Shown in pieces: positions 20,476 through 29,827 of a stretch of 46,164 nt of DNA. Position 1 is the first letter of the stretch; each line of letters opens with the position of its first letter. A program made the translations under genes and the position numbers. The notes under the pieces were generated by a model. The model was not told where the DNA came from, ran no database searches, and worked only from the letters and a program-made list of their open reading frames with translations. Source of the stretch: Deinococcales bacterium (lineage in GTDB: Bacteria > Deinococcota > Deinococci > Deinococcales > JAAFIG01); assembly GCA_031414595.1 (NCBI GenBank), contig JANNVX010000039.1, positions 1 through 46,164 on the forward strand. The letters run 5' to 3'.

Positions 20476-20976
20476 TTAGAACGACTTATCTCGAGCCAAT
20501 GAATCCACAGCTTTAAGTAGGGTTGGAATGCGGTGAGCGCCGTGCATTTGCTGTACCCGTAAAGCCGCTTGAATTGTATCACACCCGATGCTCGAGATAA
20601 AAAGCGCTTGCTTGGATGCACCACGCAGAATCGGAAGGCTTGGCGCTCCTATAAAATCAGTTTTTGCTACGCCAATGACTGGAATTTTCTGCTCGAGTGC
20701 CATGTACAACCGTGCGCCTAGCCCATGCTTGAAGCTCGAATCTAAGAACACAAAGCTGTCCACCACAATGTATTCGAGCGGTTCGATAATCGTCCCTAGA
20801 ACTGCAAGCAAACACGGTAATTCGCGTTTGTAAAATGCCCCAGCTTCGTACTCGAGAACATCAGCAATTGGTAGGGTCACGGCTCGAGTGGCGGTGCTGT
20901 CTGACCAATCCTTAAAAAGAAGCGCAGCCGCCAGTGCTTGATTATGGGTGTACTGCACATCGAGACAGACTTTCAT
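20476..20976 (-). CDS. nfi: Endonuclease V-family protein (short type)
   Basis: DVQY, YEAGAFYKRELPCL, VVD, GLGARL, VIGVAKT, HRIPTLLK motifs. Confidence 0.8.
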   Translation of the reverse strand: MKVCLDVQYTHNQALAAALLFKDWSDSTATRAVTLPIADVLEYEAGAFYKRELPCLLAVLGTIIEPLEYIVVDSFVFLDSSFKHGLGARLYMALEQKIPVIGVAKTDFIGAPSLPILRGASKQALFISSIGCDTIQAALRVQQMHGAHRIPTLLKAVDSLARDKSF

Positions 20977-21071
20977 GGTTGGTATTATTGCAGAGCAAAG
21001 AATTTTGTGAATGCGCTGAGTAGCTTAAGTAGGTTCGAGACCAAGTACAAACTCAGTCTCGAGGGAGATAA

Positions 21072-23240
21072 TTATGGATTCATGCGAAGCACAAAAAAAT
21101 CGGTGTCCGTGGCAGATAAAGTTTTGTAACCCGCAATCACAATTTTGCCGCTCGGGTCGGTAGCAATTCCAATGGCTCGGTCTTGTTGAGTAGCCGATTG
21201 TGGAAGGCTGAGAATCCCATTGGCTGGGCTGGTGCTGAATGTGGTGTCGCTTATGCCAGAAGCGCTTAATCTTGCGACAAGCGAATCAAATCCAATGTTG
21301 CTGTTGGATGTGGCGCTGTACCCTGCTACCAGAATTTTTCCGTTGCTGTCTAATGTGGCAGCATCAGCACAGGCGGGGTTAGTGTTTGGGATGTATGAAA
21401 ATTTACCACTTGTGCCAAAACCCGTGTCGAGGGCTGGGGTGGTCATGTTAAAACGAATGATGTTAATTTCGCTTGTGCCAACACAACCTATTAAAATCAC
21501 ATTGCCATTTTGGTAAAGCATGTTGTAGTAATTTGAAAATTGTGGCTGGGCAGTAGAAAAAATTCCGTCGCTGCTAAAGGTTGTGTCTAGTATTCCGTTG
21601 GTGTTGAGGCGAGCTACGCCAACATCATAATTTGAACTTCCACCACCAATAATTATTTTGTTGCTCGAGTCTAGGGCAATCCCTTGGGGCGTGTCGTTTG
21701 GGTCGCCTGTGACCGAAAAAGTGGGATTCCAAACAAAGATGTTCAGTCCAGAGTACGTTCCGCCTGTGTTAAAAGTGGTGTCGAGTGTGCCGCCAGTTAA
21801 ATTCAAGCGAAAGGCAACAATATCAACAAAATCTGTCCCGCCGTAACGGGTTTGGGCGGCTGCCACGACATAAGTATTGCCACTGACGGTTTGTAAAGTC
21901 ATGGCGTTGATTTGGTCAGAATCGCCGCCGACATCTCGGGTATACTTGCCATTGGTGGCAAATGTAGCGTCTAGTGTTCCATTGGTCTCGAGCCGAACAA
22001 TGGCAAAATCGCGGGACGTGATTGTGCCGTACCCTCCAACCAATAATTTGCCATCAGGTTGTTGAATCACCGAAAAAGCAACATCGGCATTTGCATTAAA
22101 GTCTATGGTGATAATGCCATCTGTGCCAAAGGTGCGGTCATACGAGCCATCGGGGTTTAGGCGCACAATAATCCAGTCCCTCGTTGCATTGGCTGCCACG
22201 CCACTCGAGCCAACCAGAACAATTTTTCCATCGGCTTGCACAATCATATCGTTCAGGGTTTCTTGGATGTTACTGACGGGTGCAATGTCTCGTTTACCAC
22301 CAGCGCCAAAACACTGATCCAAAGTGGTTACACTGGTACTTGGTGCAGCCACTAAAAAAGCCGTTGGACTGGCACTCGAGCCGGCGGTGCGAACGCGGCA
22401 AGCATTGGTTACATCTTTGCTGGTGCTTAAAGTTGTGCCAGATAAAACCGCAATTTGACTGGCACTAAAACCTGTGGCTCGAGTGTCTGCGCTACTGCTG
22501 GTTTGTTCTTCGAGGCTTTCGGAGACCCTTGAAACCGTGGGTTGGGTAAAGGCGATAAAGGTCATGCTAAAGCGATTGACTTGGCTGCCGGGTTCGTTGG
22601 TGTTGGGGACTTGTACTCCAACTGTCAGTGTTCCAGAATTGCCAATTGCAAGACTACGACTTGAACTGCTGCCCGTAGCTCGAGCCACATAACCATATGG
22701 GAAGAGGTATTCGCCATTTGGTAATAGGCTGCTGGCTTGGGTTTCTAAGGCTGCCACTTCGGTTTCGGTAAAAAATTGGGTGTCGGCTTCGGAACTTAAA
22801 ACTGTTATGGCGTTGCTCATGGCATGGGCTGGTTTGATGCTTTCGGCATAGGTGGTTAAATTGACACTCTGGAAGTTCTGCACATTCTTTAAGGCAGTTG
22901 CGCCTTGGTTGGTCAGTTGATGCTCGGCAACCAATGTTAGGTCGTTTAAGGCAGCCCCAGAATTATTGGACACATTAAACTTTGCAACTAGGAATTTATT
23001 GCCGCCACTGATGATGGCTTGGAATTGATTACTCGAGAAGGCAACAGAACTTTGATTGCTTAAAAGTGCTTGTGAAGATACTCGAGCAGGCAAAAAAGCG
23101 GCTTTGGCAGTCTTGTTTTGTAAATCAAAAGTCAGTTCAACACTGCCCAGCACCTCGAGTTGATTGGTTTTGAAAGGTTGGTTTTGTTGGCACGCCACAA
23201 TAGTCAGTGCTGCAATAATCGGCAGAAGTGCGCGTTTCAT
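21072..23240 (-). CDS. Lipoprotein with delta-60 (DUF5122-type) beta-propeller repeats, copy A
   Basis: Lipobox IVAC; repeated QxDGKIxxxG and RLxxxGxLDxTFxxxG units. Confidence 0.85.
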   Translation of the reverse strand: MKRALLPIIAALTIVACQQNQPFKTNQLEVLGSVELTFDLQNKTAKAAFLPARVSSQALLSNQSSVAFSSNQFQAIISGGNKFLVAKFNVSNNSGAALNDLTLVAEHQLTNQGATALKNVQNFQSVNLTTYAESIKPAHAMSNAITVLSSEADTQFFTETEVAALETQASSLLPNGEYLFPYGYVARATGSSSSRSLAIGNSGTLTVGVQVPNTNEPGSQVNRFSMTFIAFTQPTVSRVSESLEEQTSSSADTRATGFSASQIAVLSGTTLSTSKDVTNACRVRTAGSSASPTAFLVAAPSTSVTTLDQCFGAGGKRDIAPVSNIQETLNDMIVQADGKIVLVGSSGVAANATRDWIIVRLNPDGSYDRTFGTDGIITIDFNANADVAFSVIQQPDGKLLVGGYGTITSRDFAIVRLETNGTLDATFATNGKYTRDVGGDSDQINAMTLQTVSGNTYVVAAAQTRYGGTDFVDIVAFRLNLTGGTLDTTFNTGGTYSGLNIFVWNPTFSVTGDPNDTPQGIALDSSNKIIIGGGSSNYDVGVARLNTNGILDTTFSSDGIFSTAQPQFSNYYNMLYQNGNVILIGCVGTSEINIIRFNMTTPALDTGFGTSGKFSYIPNTNPACADAATLDSNGKILVAGYSATSNSNIGFDSLVARLSASGISDTTFSTSPANGILSLPQSATQQDRAIGIATDPSGKIVIAGYKTLSATDTDFFVLRMNP

Positions 23241-23392
23241 TGTTCACCATCCATAAAATCCAGCGTCTCGAGTGGGTTGTCTAAGGCATTTGTGCCAATC
23301 GGTAAGCTCACGCCTGTTAATTGCACCCAAGTTGTGTGCTGCTCGAGGTGCGGTGGTGAATACGGTTTTTTTGGCTGGTGCAGGTCATTCAT
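23237..23392 (-). CDS. 51-aa RiPP-leader-like micro-peptide MNDLHQPKKPYSPPHLEQHTTWVQLTGVSLPIGTNALDNPLETLDFMDGEQ
   Basis: AGGAGG RBS before ATG 23392; TGA overlaps the ATG of lipoprotein A; homologous to 25743-25880. Confidence 0.8.
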   Translation of the reverse strand: MNDLHQPKKPYSPPHLEQHTTWVQLTGVSLPIGTNALDNPLETLDFMDGEQ

Positions 23393-23469
23393 AAAAGCCT
23401 CCTGATTGAATTCGTTATGGGTCATTAGAATTTTTCATCCAATGACCCACTCGAAAACTTCGTCTGGTT

Positions 23470-25746
23470 TTAATTCGCGCCAAGGTTGAACTGGGCTAAC
23501 ATTCCCCTACGATTCCCAAGAATATTTGAATCATTAAAAGACCCCGAAACCAGTAATTTGCCATTGCTAGGCGTTCCGAGCAGCAAGGCTGAAGTTACTT
23601 CGGTATCTAATGGTATGCTGCCAGCAGTCAGGGTATAAAACCTGATATGGATTGTGTTGCTAAAAAAGGAATTATCTGGTGCGCCAGTGTCCAAGTACCG
23701 CGCTATAAAAGTACGCTCAATGGTACTACCTGAAAACGAAGTTCCAGCAATCAGAATGCGATTATTGGGCTGAACAATAATTTTGCTGGCTCTGACTCGA
23801 GGAGGATTGGTGTTGGAGTAGGTCAATTCTCCACCTGTCGCAAAGGTTGTATCCAAAGAACCATCGTTATTGATTCGCACCAGTGCAAAACCAGTTTGGG
23901 TTAATGACGGGGTAAAATTACCAGAAAACAGAATTTTTGTGCCTTGCAGGGTAACGCTGGTAGCCGTATCGTCGGTGCTACCAGAAATTCCTTGAAGTTT
24001 ATGCCCAATGCCATTAAAAGTTTGGTCTCGAGCGCCTGTGCTGGTGAACCTCATCAATAAAAACACGCCTGGATTGTTGTGTTTACCCGCCACAACAATG
24101 TTACCGCTTGGGTCTATCAGCAGACTTAAGGCTTGATTGTCTAAACTACCGCCGTCCACATCGTCTATGCGGTAGCCAGTGGTGTTGAATGTGGTGTCAA
24201 GTGTACCATCGGTGTTGTACCGAATCAGTAAGACATCATTATGACCAGCCGTACCATTTTTGACCCGTCCGACCGCTACAATTTTTCCATCCGTTTGCAG
24301 GGCAATATCGTTAATCACATGTTCTGAACCTGTTGCGGAGTAAATCTGGGTGTTGAACGTTTCGACACTCGAGAAGGTCGTGTCGTTACCAAGCGTGGCA
24401 TTGATTAAGCTGCGACCAATGACCAATTGGGTTACACCTGCTAAGGTCACAGAATATCCTGCTCGGATAATACGATTTTGTGAATCAATTGCAAGACTGG
24501 TGTAATGGGTACTGCCTAAAGTGGTTGCCATGGCATTACTGAAGCGCAAAATTTGGCGTGAACCATCTGGTAAAAAGGTTGCGACATACGAACCAGTGGT
24601 GAGATTGGTGTCATCATAGTACGTGCCTACCGTGGCAATCCGACCATCTGATAAAAGTCCAACATCGGTATTGACTGCTCTTTGAGCCGGGAAAACAGTA
24701 TGAACTCCACCACCACCAAAGCAATTACTCAGGTCACTCGAGTTTACACTAGGGGCAATACTTTCTAAGTAGGCTTCTGGTACAGCCGCCGTTCCAGCAA
24801 TTCGCACTTGGCAAGCATTGGCAAATTGTCCGGCTGCATGAATTCCATAATCGGCTAATTCATTCTGACCTGAAGAGTAGAGTGTCACTGCTTCGGCAGG
24901 GGCAAGTCCGCTACGACGTGAAACGACTGCCGTGCTTGATTTTTCTTCTAAACTGGCAGAAACTTGGGTAACCGGGGTTGGATTCTCGAACACCAAAGCG
25001 GTGTAACTAAAACGGTAGGCTGTTGGCACACCGGGTTCGTTGCTGCCATCTACAGCCATTGCCAATGTAGCCGTCCCAGTGTCGGTGCTGTTGTTGGCAG
25101 TAATTGTGCGTTGTGTCGCGGCAGTTGGGGCAACTGAATCTCGCACAGTAAAACCATACGGTAGTAAGTATTCACCACTGGCAAGGGCTGTTCCTGCGGT
25201 TGTGGTCATGGCGCTTAAGTCGTACTCGGTAAAGAGGGCTAAATCTTCTTGTCCTGCTACCACTGCTACCGTGCCGTTGCCACTCATAGTTTGGCTAGGA
25301 CGTACAGTTTGGGCATATGAGGCTACAGTCGCAACCCGCAGCTTACTCGAGGTTGTGGTAATCCCACCAAAATCCGTGACATTTTTTAGAGCAGTATTGC
25401 CAATGTTACCGTTTTTGCGGTACGCGACCAAGGTTAAATTCGACAGACTCGCACCCGTTAAATTACGAACGCTAAATTGTGCATTTAAGAATTTTCTGCT
25501 TGGCGTGGTCTGTGTGGCTGCCGAGTATGTGCCAGCCGTGAAAAGCAATTGGGCTTCGTTGACCAAGGCTTGCCCAGCTATTTTTGAAGGGGTGAACATG
25601 GCTTTGGCTTTACCGTTTTCAGCCCCAAAACTGACCTCGAGTGTGCCAAGTAAACGCTGACCTGTATTGCTCTCGAGTTTCGGGGCGTTCTGGCAAGACA
25701 TAAAAGTTGCTGCTACCAAACCAAATAGAATCATTGTCTTTTTCAT
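23470..25746 (-). CDS. Lipoprotein with delta-60 repeats, copy B
   Basis: Lipobox FMSC; N-domain shared with copy A (NLTLVA, YLLPYGF, NEPG, SLEE, NACQVR); delta-60 repeats. Confidence 0.85.
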   Translation of the reverse strand: MKKTMILFGLVAATFMSCQNAPKLESNTGQRLLGTLEVSFGAENGKAKAMFTPSKIAGQALVNEAQLLFTAGTYSAATQTTPSRKFLNAQFSVRNLTGASLSNLTLVAYRKNGNIGNTALKNVTDFGGITTTSSKLRVATVASYAQTVRPSQTMSGNGTVAVVAGQEDLALFTEYDLSAMTTTAGTALASGEYLLPYGFTVRDSVAPTAATQRTITANNSTDTGTATLAMAVDGSNEPGVPTAYRFSYTALVFENPTPVTQVSASLEEKSSTAVVSRRSGLAPAEAVTLYSSGQNELADYGIHAAGQFANACQVRIAGTAAVPEAYLESIAPSVNSSDLSNCFGGGGVHTVFPAQRAVNTDVGLLSDGRIATVGTYYDDTNLTTGSYVATFLPDGSRQILRFSNAMATTLGSTHYTSLAIDSQNRIIRAGYSVTLAGVTQLVIGRSLINATLGNDTTFSSVETFNTQIYSATGSEHVINDIALQTDGKIVAVGRVKNGTAGHNDVLLIRYNTDGTLDTTFNTTGYRIDDVDGGSLDNQALSLLIDPSGNIVVAGKHNNPGVFLLMRFTSTGARDQTFNGIGHKLQGISGSTDDTATSVTLQGTKILFSGNFTPSLTQTGFALVRINNDGSLDTTFATGGELTYSNTNPPRVRASKIIVQPNNRILIAGTSFSGSTIERTFIARYLDTGAPDNSFFSNTIHIRFYTLTAGSIPLDTEVTSALLLGTPSNGKLLVSGSFNDSNILGNRRGMLAQFNLGAN

Positions 25747-25880
25747 TTGCCATCACCTTCTTGTCCTAAAACCGTGCCAAATGGGAAAGATGCCCCTGTG
25801 AGGCTAATAAATTGCGGTTGTTGCTCGAGTTTTGGGGCTTGGTACTCGAGTTTTTTGGGTACTTCTATGATTTCGTTCAT
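25743..25880 (-). CDS. 45-aa RiPP-leader-like micro-peptide MNEIIEVPKKLEYQAPKLEQQPQFISLTGASFPFGTVLGQEGDGK (not in the ORF track)
   Basis: Hand translation; AAGGA RBS; ATGA overlap with lipoprotein B; shares YxxPxLEQ...LTGxSxPxGT with 23237-23392. Confidence 0.8.
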   Translation of the reverse strand: MNEIIEVPKKLEYQAPKLEQQPQFISLTGASFPFGTVLGQEGDGK

Positions 25881-26063
25881 TATTTTTTCCTTTCCCAAAT
25901 CTTGGGTTTGCGATTTACACGGACTCCCGTTTGAACCGTGACAGAAGCGTATAAATTGGCTCTCTCGCAGCTTCCGCTTGGGCGAAAATCTTCAAAAGCA
26001 ACCCGAAAATATGTAAATAGCAAAACAGTAAAAGTCAAAAAAACCTGTACAATGAGCGTTCTG

Positions 26064-29000
26064 ATGCGCTTACACTTGCTTGGGCAACCTCATTTGGAAT
26101 TGGGCGACAAAGTTTTGCCACTGTCCAAGAACCACAGTCAAATTCTGGCTTGGCTGACGATGCACCAAAAAACGGGGCTACCAATGCCCCGAGTACGCTT
26201 GGCTCGAGCCATCTGGACGGACTGCACCGACGAACAAGGACGCAAACGCCTAGCCAACAGTTTGTACCGATTACGCCAAGAAATTCCAGAAATAGAAGAA
26301 TTTATGATTGGCGATGCCACATCCTTAGCGCTGCAACCAATGCCCACCGATGCGCTCGAGTTCCAAAAACTAATGCAGAGCCAAACCCCACAAGATTGGT
26401 TTCAGGCTCTTGAAATGTACCAAGGCGATTTACTCGAGGGCGAAGATGTACCTTGGTTAGACACATGGCGCGTAGAACTGCATCAAACCCTGTTGCAAGG
26501 TCTACGCCAAGCCATCCAGCAAGCCGACTCGAGCAGGGCAATACTCTTATCGCAACGCCTGATTCAACTCGAGCCGTGGAACGAAGAGGCACACACACAC
26601 TTGATACGCCTGTACGCCGACAATCAGCGCTTACCCGAAGCCATCAGTGCTTATGAAAAACTTGCAGACACCTTAAAACAAGAATTCTCGAGCCAACCAC
26701 GCCCAGAAACCCAAGTGTTTGTTAAAGACCTTGAACGCCAACTTGAACAGCAAAACAGTCAAACCCACCAAATCATGGTTGGGCGGAGTCTGGAATGGCG
26801 TTCTTTAACCAATGCCCTGAATGCCGTAAAAATCGGACAAGGTGGAATTATTTTAGTCGAGGGCGAACCCGGATTGGGCAAAACCCGTTTACTGCTCGAG
26901 TTAAAGTCATTATCGGCTTGGCACAATGTTTCTGCACTCTACGGAGCAGCCGCCAACAGCACACCCGCTTATGCCCCACTCGAACAATCCCTGCGCGGTG
27001 CGGCGGTACTACTCGAGCAAGCCACGCCCTTAATTCAAAAAAACCTCGAGCCACTGCTAAAAACTGCTCTGGATAACGAAGCCCAAGCCAATCCGCAATT
27101 GGTCAGTGCCGCCCTAGAACGCTGGTTGCGTCACCTCGAGCAACCGACGGTTTGGTTACTTGACGACCTGCACTGGGCAGGGGATTTATTCTGGAATGTG
27201 CTAAAAATGTTGGCTCGGGTCAGTCAACAACGCCCTGTGCTGCTGGTCATCTGCACCCGCAGCCAAGAATTGCGCGAAAATCAAAAAGCTTTTGAAACCC
27301 TGCTCGAGATTCGCCAGAACCAACAAGCCATGCACCATGCCCTCGGCGGACTGAGCTTAGAAGAATGTACACAATTGGCTCGAGGGCAAGGCAAGAACCT
27401 TGGCAATAAAGAACTCGAGCAGATGCACCGCATCAGTGCTGGTAATCCACTGGTTTTTCAGGAATTGGTACTGGGAAATTCTGCCGATAACCACCTAAGC
27501 GACGCTTTCCAAAGTCGGTTTTCCAAATTGGATAAAATGGCTCGAGAAGCGCTCGAAGCCGCATCGGTACTGGGTAAGCACCTAGACTTAAACACTTGGG
27601 AAGCGATGTTGGGTGTACAACCACCAATTACACAACTCCTCGAGACTCGGTTTTTGCATAAAGAACCCGAACTTGGTTTCCAACACGATTTAACACGGGT
27701 TTTTGTGTATGAACAAATGAAACTCGAGACACGGCAGAAATGGCATGGGCTGGCTTTTGAAGTCTTAAAAACACAGCAGACTCGAGCGGCTGTTTTAGCG
27801 CACCATGCCGAGGAAGCGGGGTTATTGGCGGAAAGTGTGGAACATTACCGTAATGCCGTATCAGAAGCCCTTAATCTAAATGCGTTTCAAGAAGCCAGTC
27901 GTTTATTAAAACTTGGTTTTTTATACAATCAACAATACCCAAATCAACTCGAGACAATGCACTTAAAGTTACTGCAATTGCAATTAGCTCAAGTCCAAAC
28001 TGCCAGTTTACCGGAAATTGAGGATTTAGAATCTTTAGAACAATCTGCTCGAAAACTTCAAGTTCATGATTTGGTATTCAAGTCACTGCAAATGCAATTC
28101 GATGTTTATGGTCTCAATGGAAATCATGAAAAGGCAGAACTGGCAGCTAATACTTTAATAAAATTTACTCAAGAAACTAATAATCAAGAAAAAGAAATAA
28201 CAGCCTTAACAAAAATCGCACTGCTGTTTGCTAAAACGCATTTTGAAGCTGGCAAAGGTCTAGGCTTTGCGTTAAGGGCTTACAATCTCTGTCAGAATAC
28301 CCCTATTTCAACTCAATTGCAGTTGCAAGTTTTGATTGCAGTAATTAATACACGTATGCGTACCAAAGAGTACGAACTTGCTTGGGAAATTCTCGTAGAA
28401 GCTGAAGAATTGGTTGTCAGTCATCCAGATTTAGTTGGATCAGAATTTTTGTTACTTAACACAAAAGGGAATCTAGCCAACACCTTAGAACACTATGAAC
28501 TTGCAGTGACAGTATTTCAAAAGCAACATAAATTGTCTTATTCCCTCGGAGATAACCGCGCTGTAGAAGTAACTTTAGCAAACTTAGCTGACGTACTTAA
28601 AAAATTAGGACGATTTGAAGAAGCCTTAGTGTGGGCAGAAGAATTTTCGCAAATGATGCCAGCCGCAAAAAACTGGCAGGAAGAAAGTAAAATTGCTTAT
28701 TATTTTTCCGAAATAACAGAAATTCTTGTTCGCATGGGGCGGCTAAATGAAGCTAAACAAATACTTCAACCGTTAGAAAAATGGATTAAAGAAGGTGCAA
28801 CTTCAATAGGTTCAAAACAAATTCTCCATATTTTCTTACAAGTACATCGTACCCAAGGAACATATCAAGAAGGATTAGAATTTCTAAAAGCTGTTCCTGA
28901 AACGATGTATACAAAACTGATTGCTGCCGAACTGTATTACTTAGCAGGATTCAGATACGAAGCTGAACTTAGAATCAGTCAAGCCCTTGCAGAACCAAAC

Positions 29001-29495
29001 CACTTTTCAAAAAATTTTGGGACACTCAGTCTGTTTTACACTGCTTATGTCATTTATCAACAAGCAATTGATCTTGAAAAAGCACGTTTTGCTTTACTTA
29101 GATTCACTAGCCATATCGAAACCCTCGAGAATCGGCAAATCATGCTTAAAAATGTGTACTACGCCAAAGCCATCGAAGCCGCTTGGCAACAACAAACCCT
29201 CGAGACAACTGTTATTGAACTCCCCGCTTTAACTGGCGAAGGCACGATTACAATCACTTGGACACTGAGTAGCGGTGCGTCGGACAAAGCACATCTCGAG
29301 CAACACGGCAAGGTTGCCCTGCGTAATCACCGCTTAAAGCGCCTAATGCTAGAAGCCCAAGCCCAAGGTGCGAAAGCCTTGCAAAGAGAATTGGCAACCG
29401 TGCTAGGTGTAACAGTCCGAACGATTGAAGCTGACATAGCCCAATTAAAGACAGAAGCATCTGTGCCACACGCTAAACCGCAAGCAAATCCATAG
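26064..29495 (+). CDS. Large regulator 1: wHTH-BTAD, AAA ATPase, TPR-like region, C-terminal DUF1670-like HTH
   Basis: MRLHLLGQP, YQGDLLEG, LEPWNEEAH, GEPGLGKTRL, LLDDLHWA, SAGNPL, FQHDL, QRELATVLGVTVRTIEADI. Confidence 0.88.
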   Translation: MRLHLLGQPHLELGDKVLPLSKNHSQILAWLTMHQKTGLPMPRVRLARAIWTDCTDEQGRKRLANSLYRLRQEIPEIEEFMIGDATSLALQPMPTDALEFQKLMQSQTPQDWFQALEMYQGDLLEGEDVPWLDTWRVELHQTLLQGLRQAIQQADSSRAILLSQRLIQLEPWNEEAHTHLIRLYADNQRLPEAISAYEKLADTLKQEFSSQPRPETQVFVKDLERQLEQQNSQTHQIMVGRSLEWRSLTNALNAVKIGQGGIILVEGEPGLGKTRLLLELKSLSAWHNVSALYGAAANSTPAYAPLEQSLRGAAVLLEQATPLIQKNLEPLLKTALDNEAQANPQLVSAALERWLRHLEQPTVWLLDDLHWAGDLFWNVLKMLARVSQQRPVLLVICTRSQELRENQKAFETLLEIRQNQQAMHHALGGLSLEECTQLARGQGKNLGNKELEQMHRISAGNPLVFQELVLGNSADNHLSDAFQSRFSKLDKMAREALEAASVLGKHLDLNTWEAMLGVQPPITQLLETRFLHKEPELGFQHDLTRVFVYEQMKLETRQKWHGLAFEVLKTQQTRAAVLAHHAEEAGLLAESVEHYRNAVSEALNLNAFQEASRLLKLGFLYNQQYPNQLETMHLKLLQLQLAQVQTASLPEIEDLESLEQSARKLQVHDLVFKSLQMQFDVYGLNGNHEKAELAANTLIKFTQETNNQEKEITALTKIALLFAKTHFEAGKGLGFALRAYNLCQNTPISTQLQLQVLIAVINTRMRTKEYELAWEILVEAEELVVSHPDLVGSEFLLLNTKGNLANTLEHYELAVTVFQKQHKLSYSLGDNRAVEVTLANLADVLKKLGRFEEALVWAEEFSQMMPAAKNWQEESKIAYYFSEITEILVRMGRLNEAKQILQPLEKWIKEGATSIGSKQILHIFLQVHRTQGTYQEGLEFLKAVPETMYTKLIAAELYYLAGFRYEAELRISQALAEPNHFSKNFGTLSLFYTAYVIYQQAIDLEKARFALLRFTSHIETLENRQIMLKNVYYAKAIEAAWQQQTLETTVIELPALTGEGTITITWTLSSGASDKAHLEQHGKVALRNHRLKRLMLEAQAQGAKALQRELATVLGVTVRTIEADIAQLKTEASVPHAKPQANP

Positions 29496-29562
29496 AATTT
29501 AGTAAGGCTGTGATACACTGAAACCACCCTGAAGATTGATGGGTGAAATTCAAGGAGAACAT

Positions 29563-29694
29563 ATGTTGAAAAAGTTAATTGCTTTGTTTTTGGTAGTTGG
29601 TCTATTTGCAATGAGTAACAACGCGTCTGCCGGTTGTATCACTATCTCTCTATTGGATGAAACGGGAGCCGTTGTTGGCGTAAGATGTAATTAA
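29563..29694 (+). CDS. 43-aa secreted peptide MLKKLIALFLVVGLFAMSNNASA|GCITISLLDETGAVVGVRCN (not in the ORF track)
   Basis: Hand translation; AAGGAG RBS, TGaTACACT extended -10 at 29511-29519, Sec signal with ASA site, downstream terminator, two paralogues in the window. Confidence 0.85.
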   Translation: MLKKLIALFLVVGLFAMSNNASAGCITISLLDETGAVVGVRCN

Positions 29695-29735
29695 ATTGAG
29701 TCGTTGATATTTTAATAAAAAACGTTTAGCTCGAG

Positions 29736-29769
29736 ACCGAGATAGCAATTATCTTAGTCTCGGTTTTTT
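29736..29769 (+). terminator. Rho-independent terminator after the peptide gene
   Basis: ACCGAGA...TCTCGGT stem followed by TTTTT. Confidence 0.7.
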
Positions 29770-29827
29770 AGTGTTGGCTATCACTCAAAGAAAATATTAA
29801 AATTGCTTTATAGTCACTTCTCGAGAA

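Noticed and set aside
25040-25660. 206-aa plus-strand ORF
   Set aside because: Antisense shadow of lipoprotein B with no recognisable motifs.
23237-25880. Canonical lasso peptide gene cluster
   Set aside because: No lasso cyclase, leader protease or RRE in the window, and no acidic residue at core positions 7-9.
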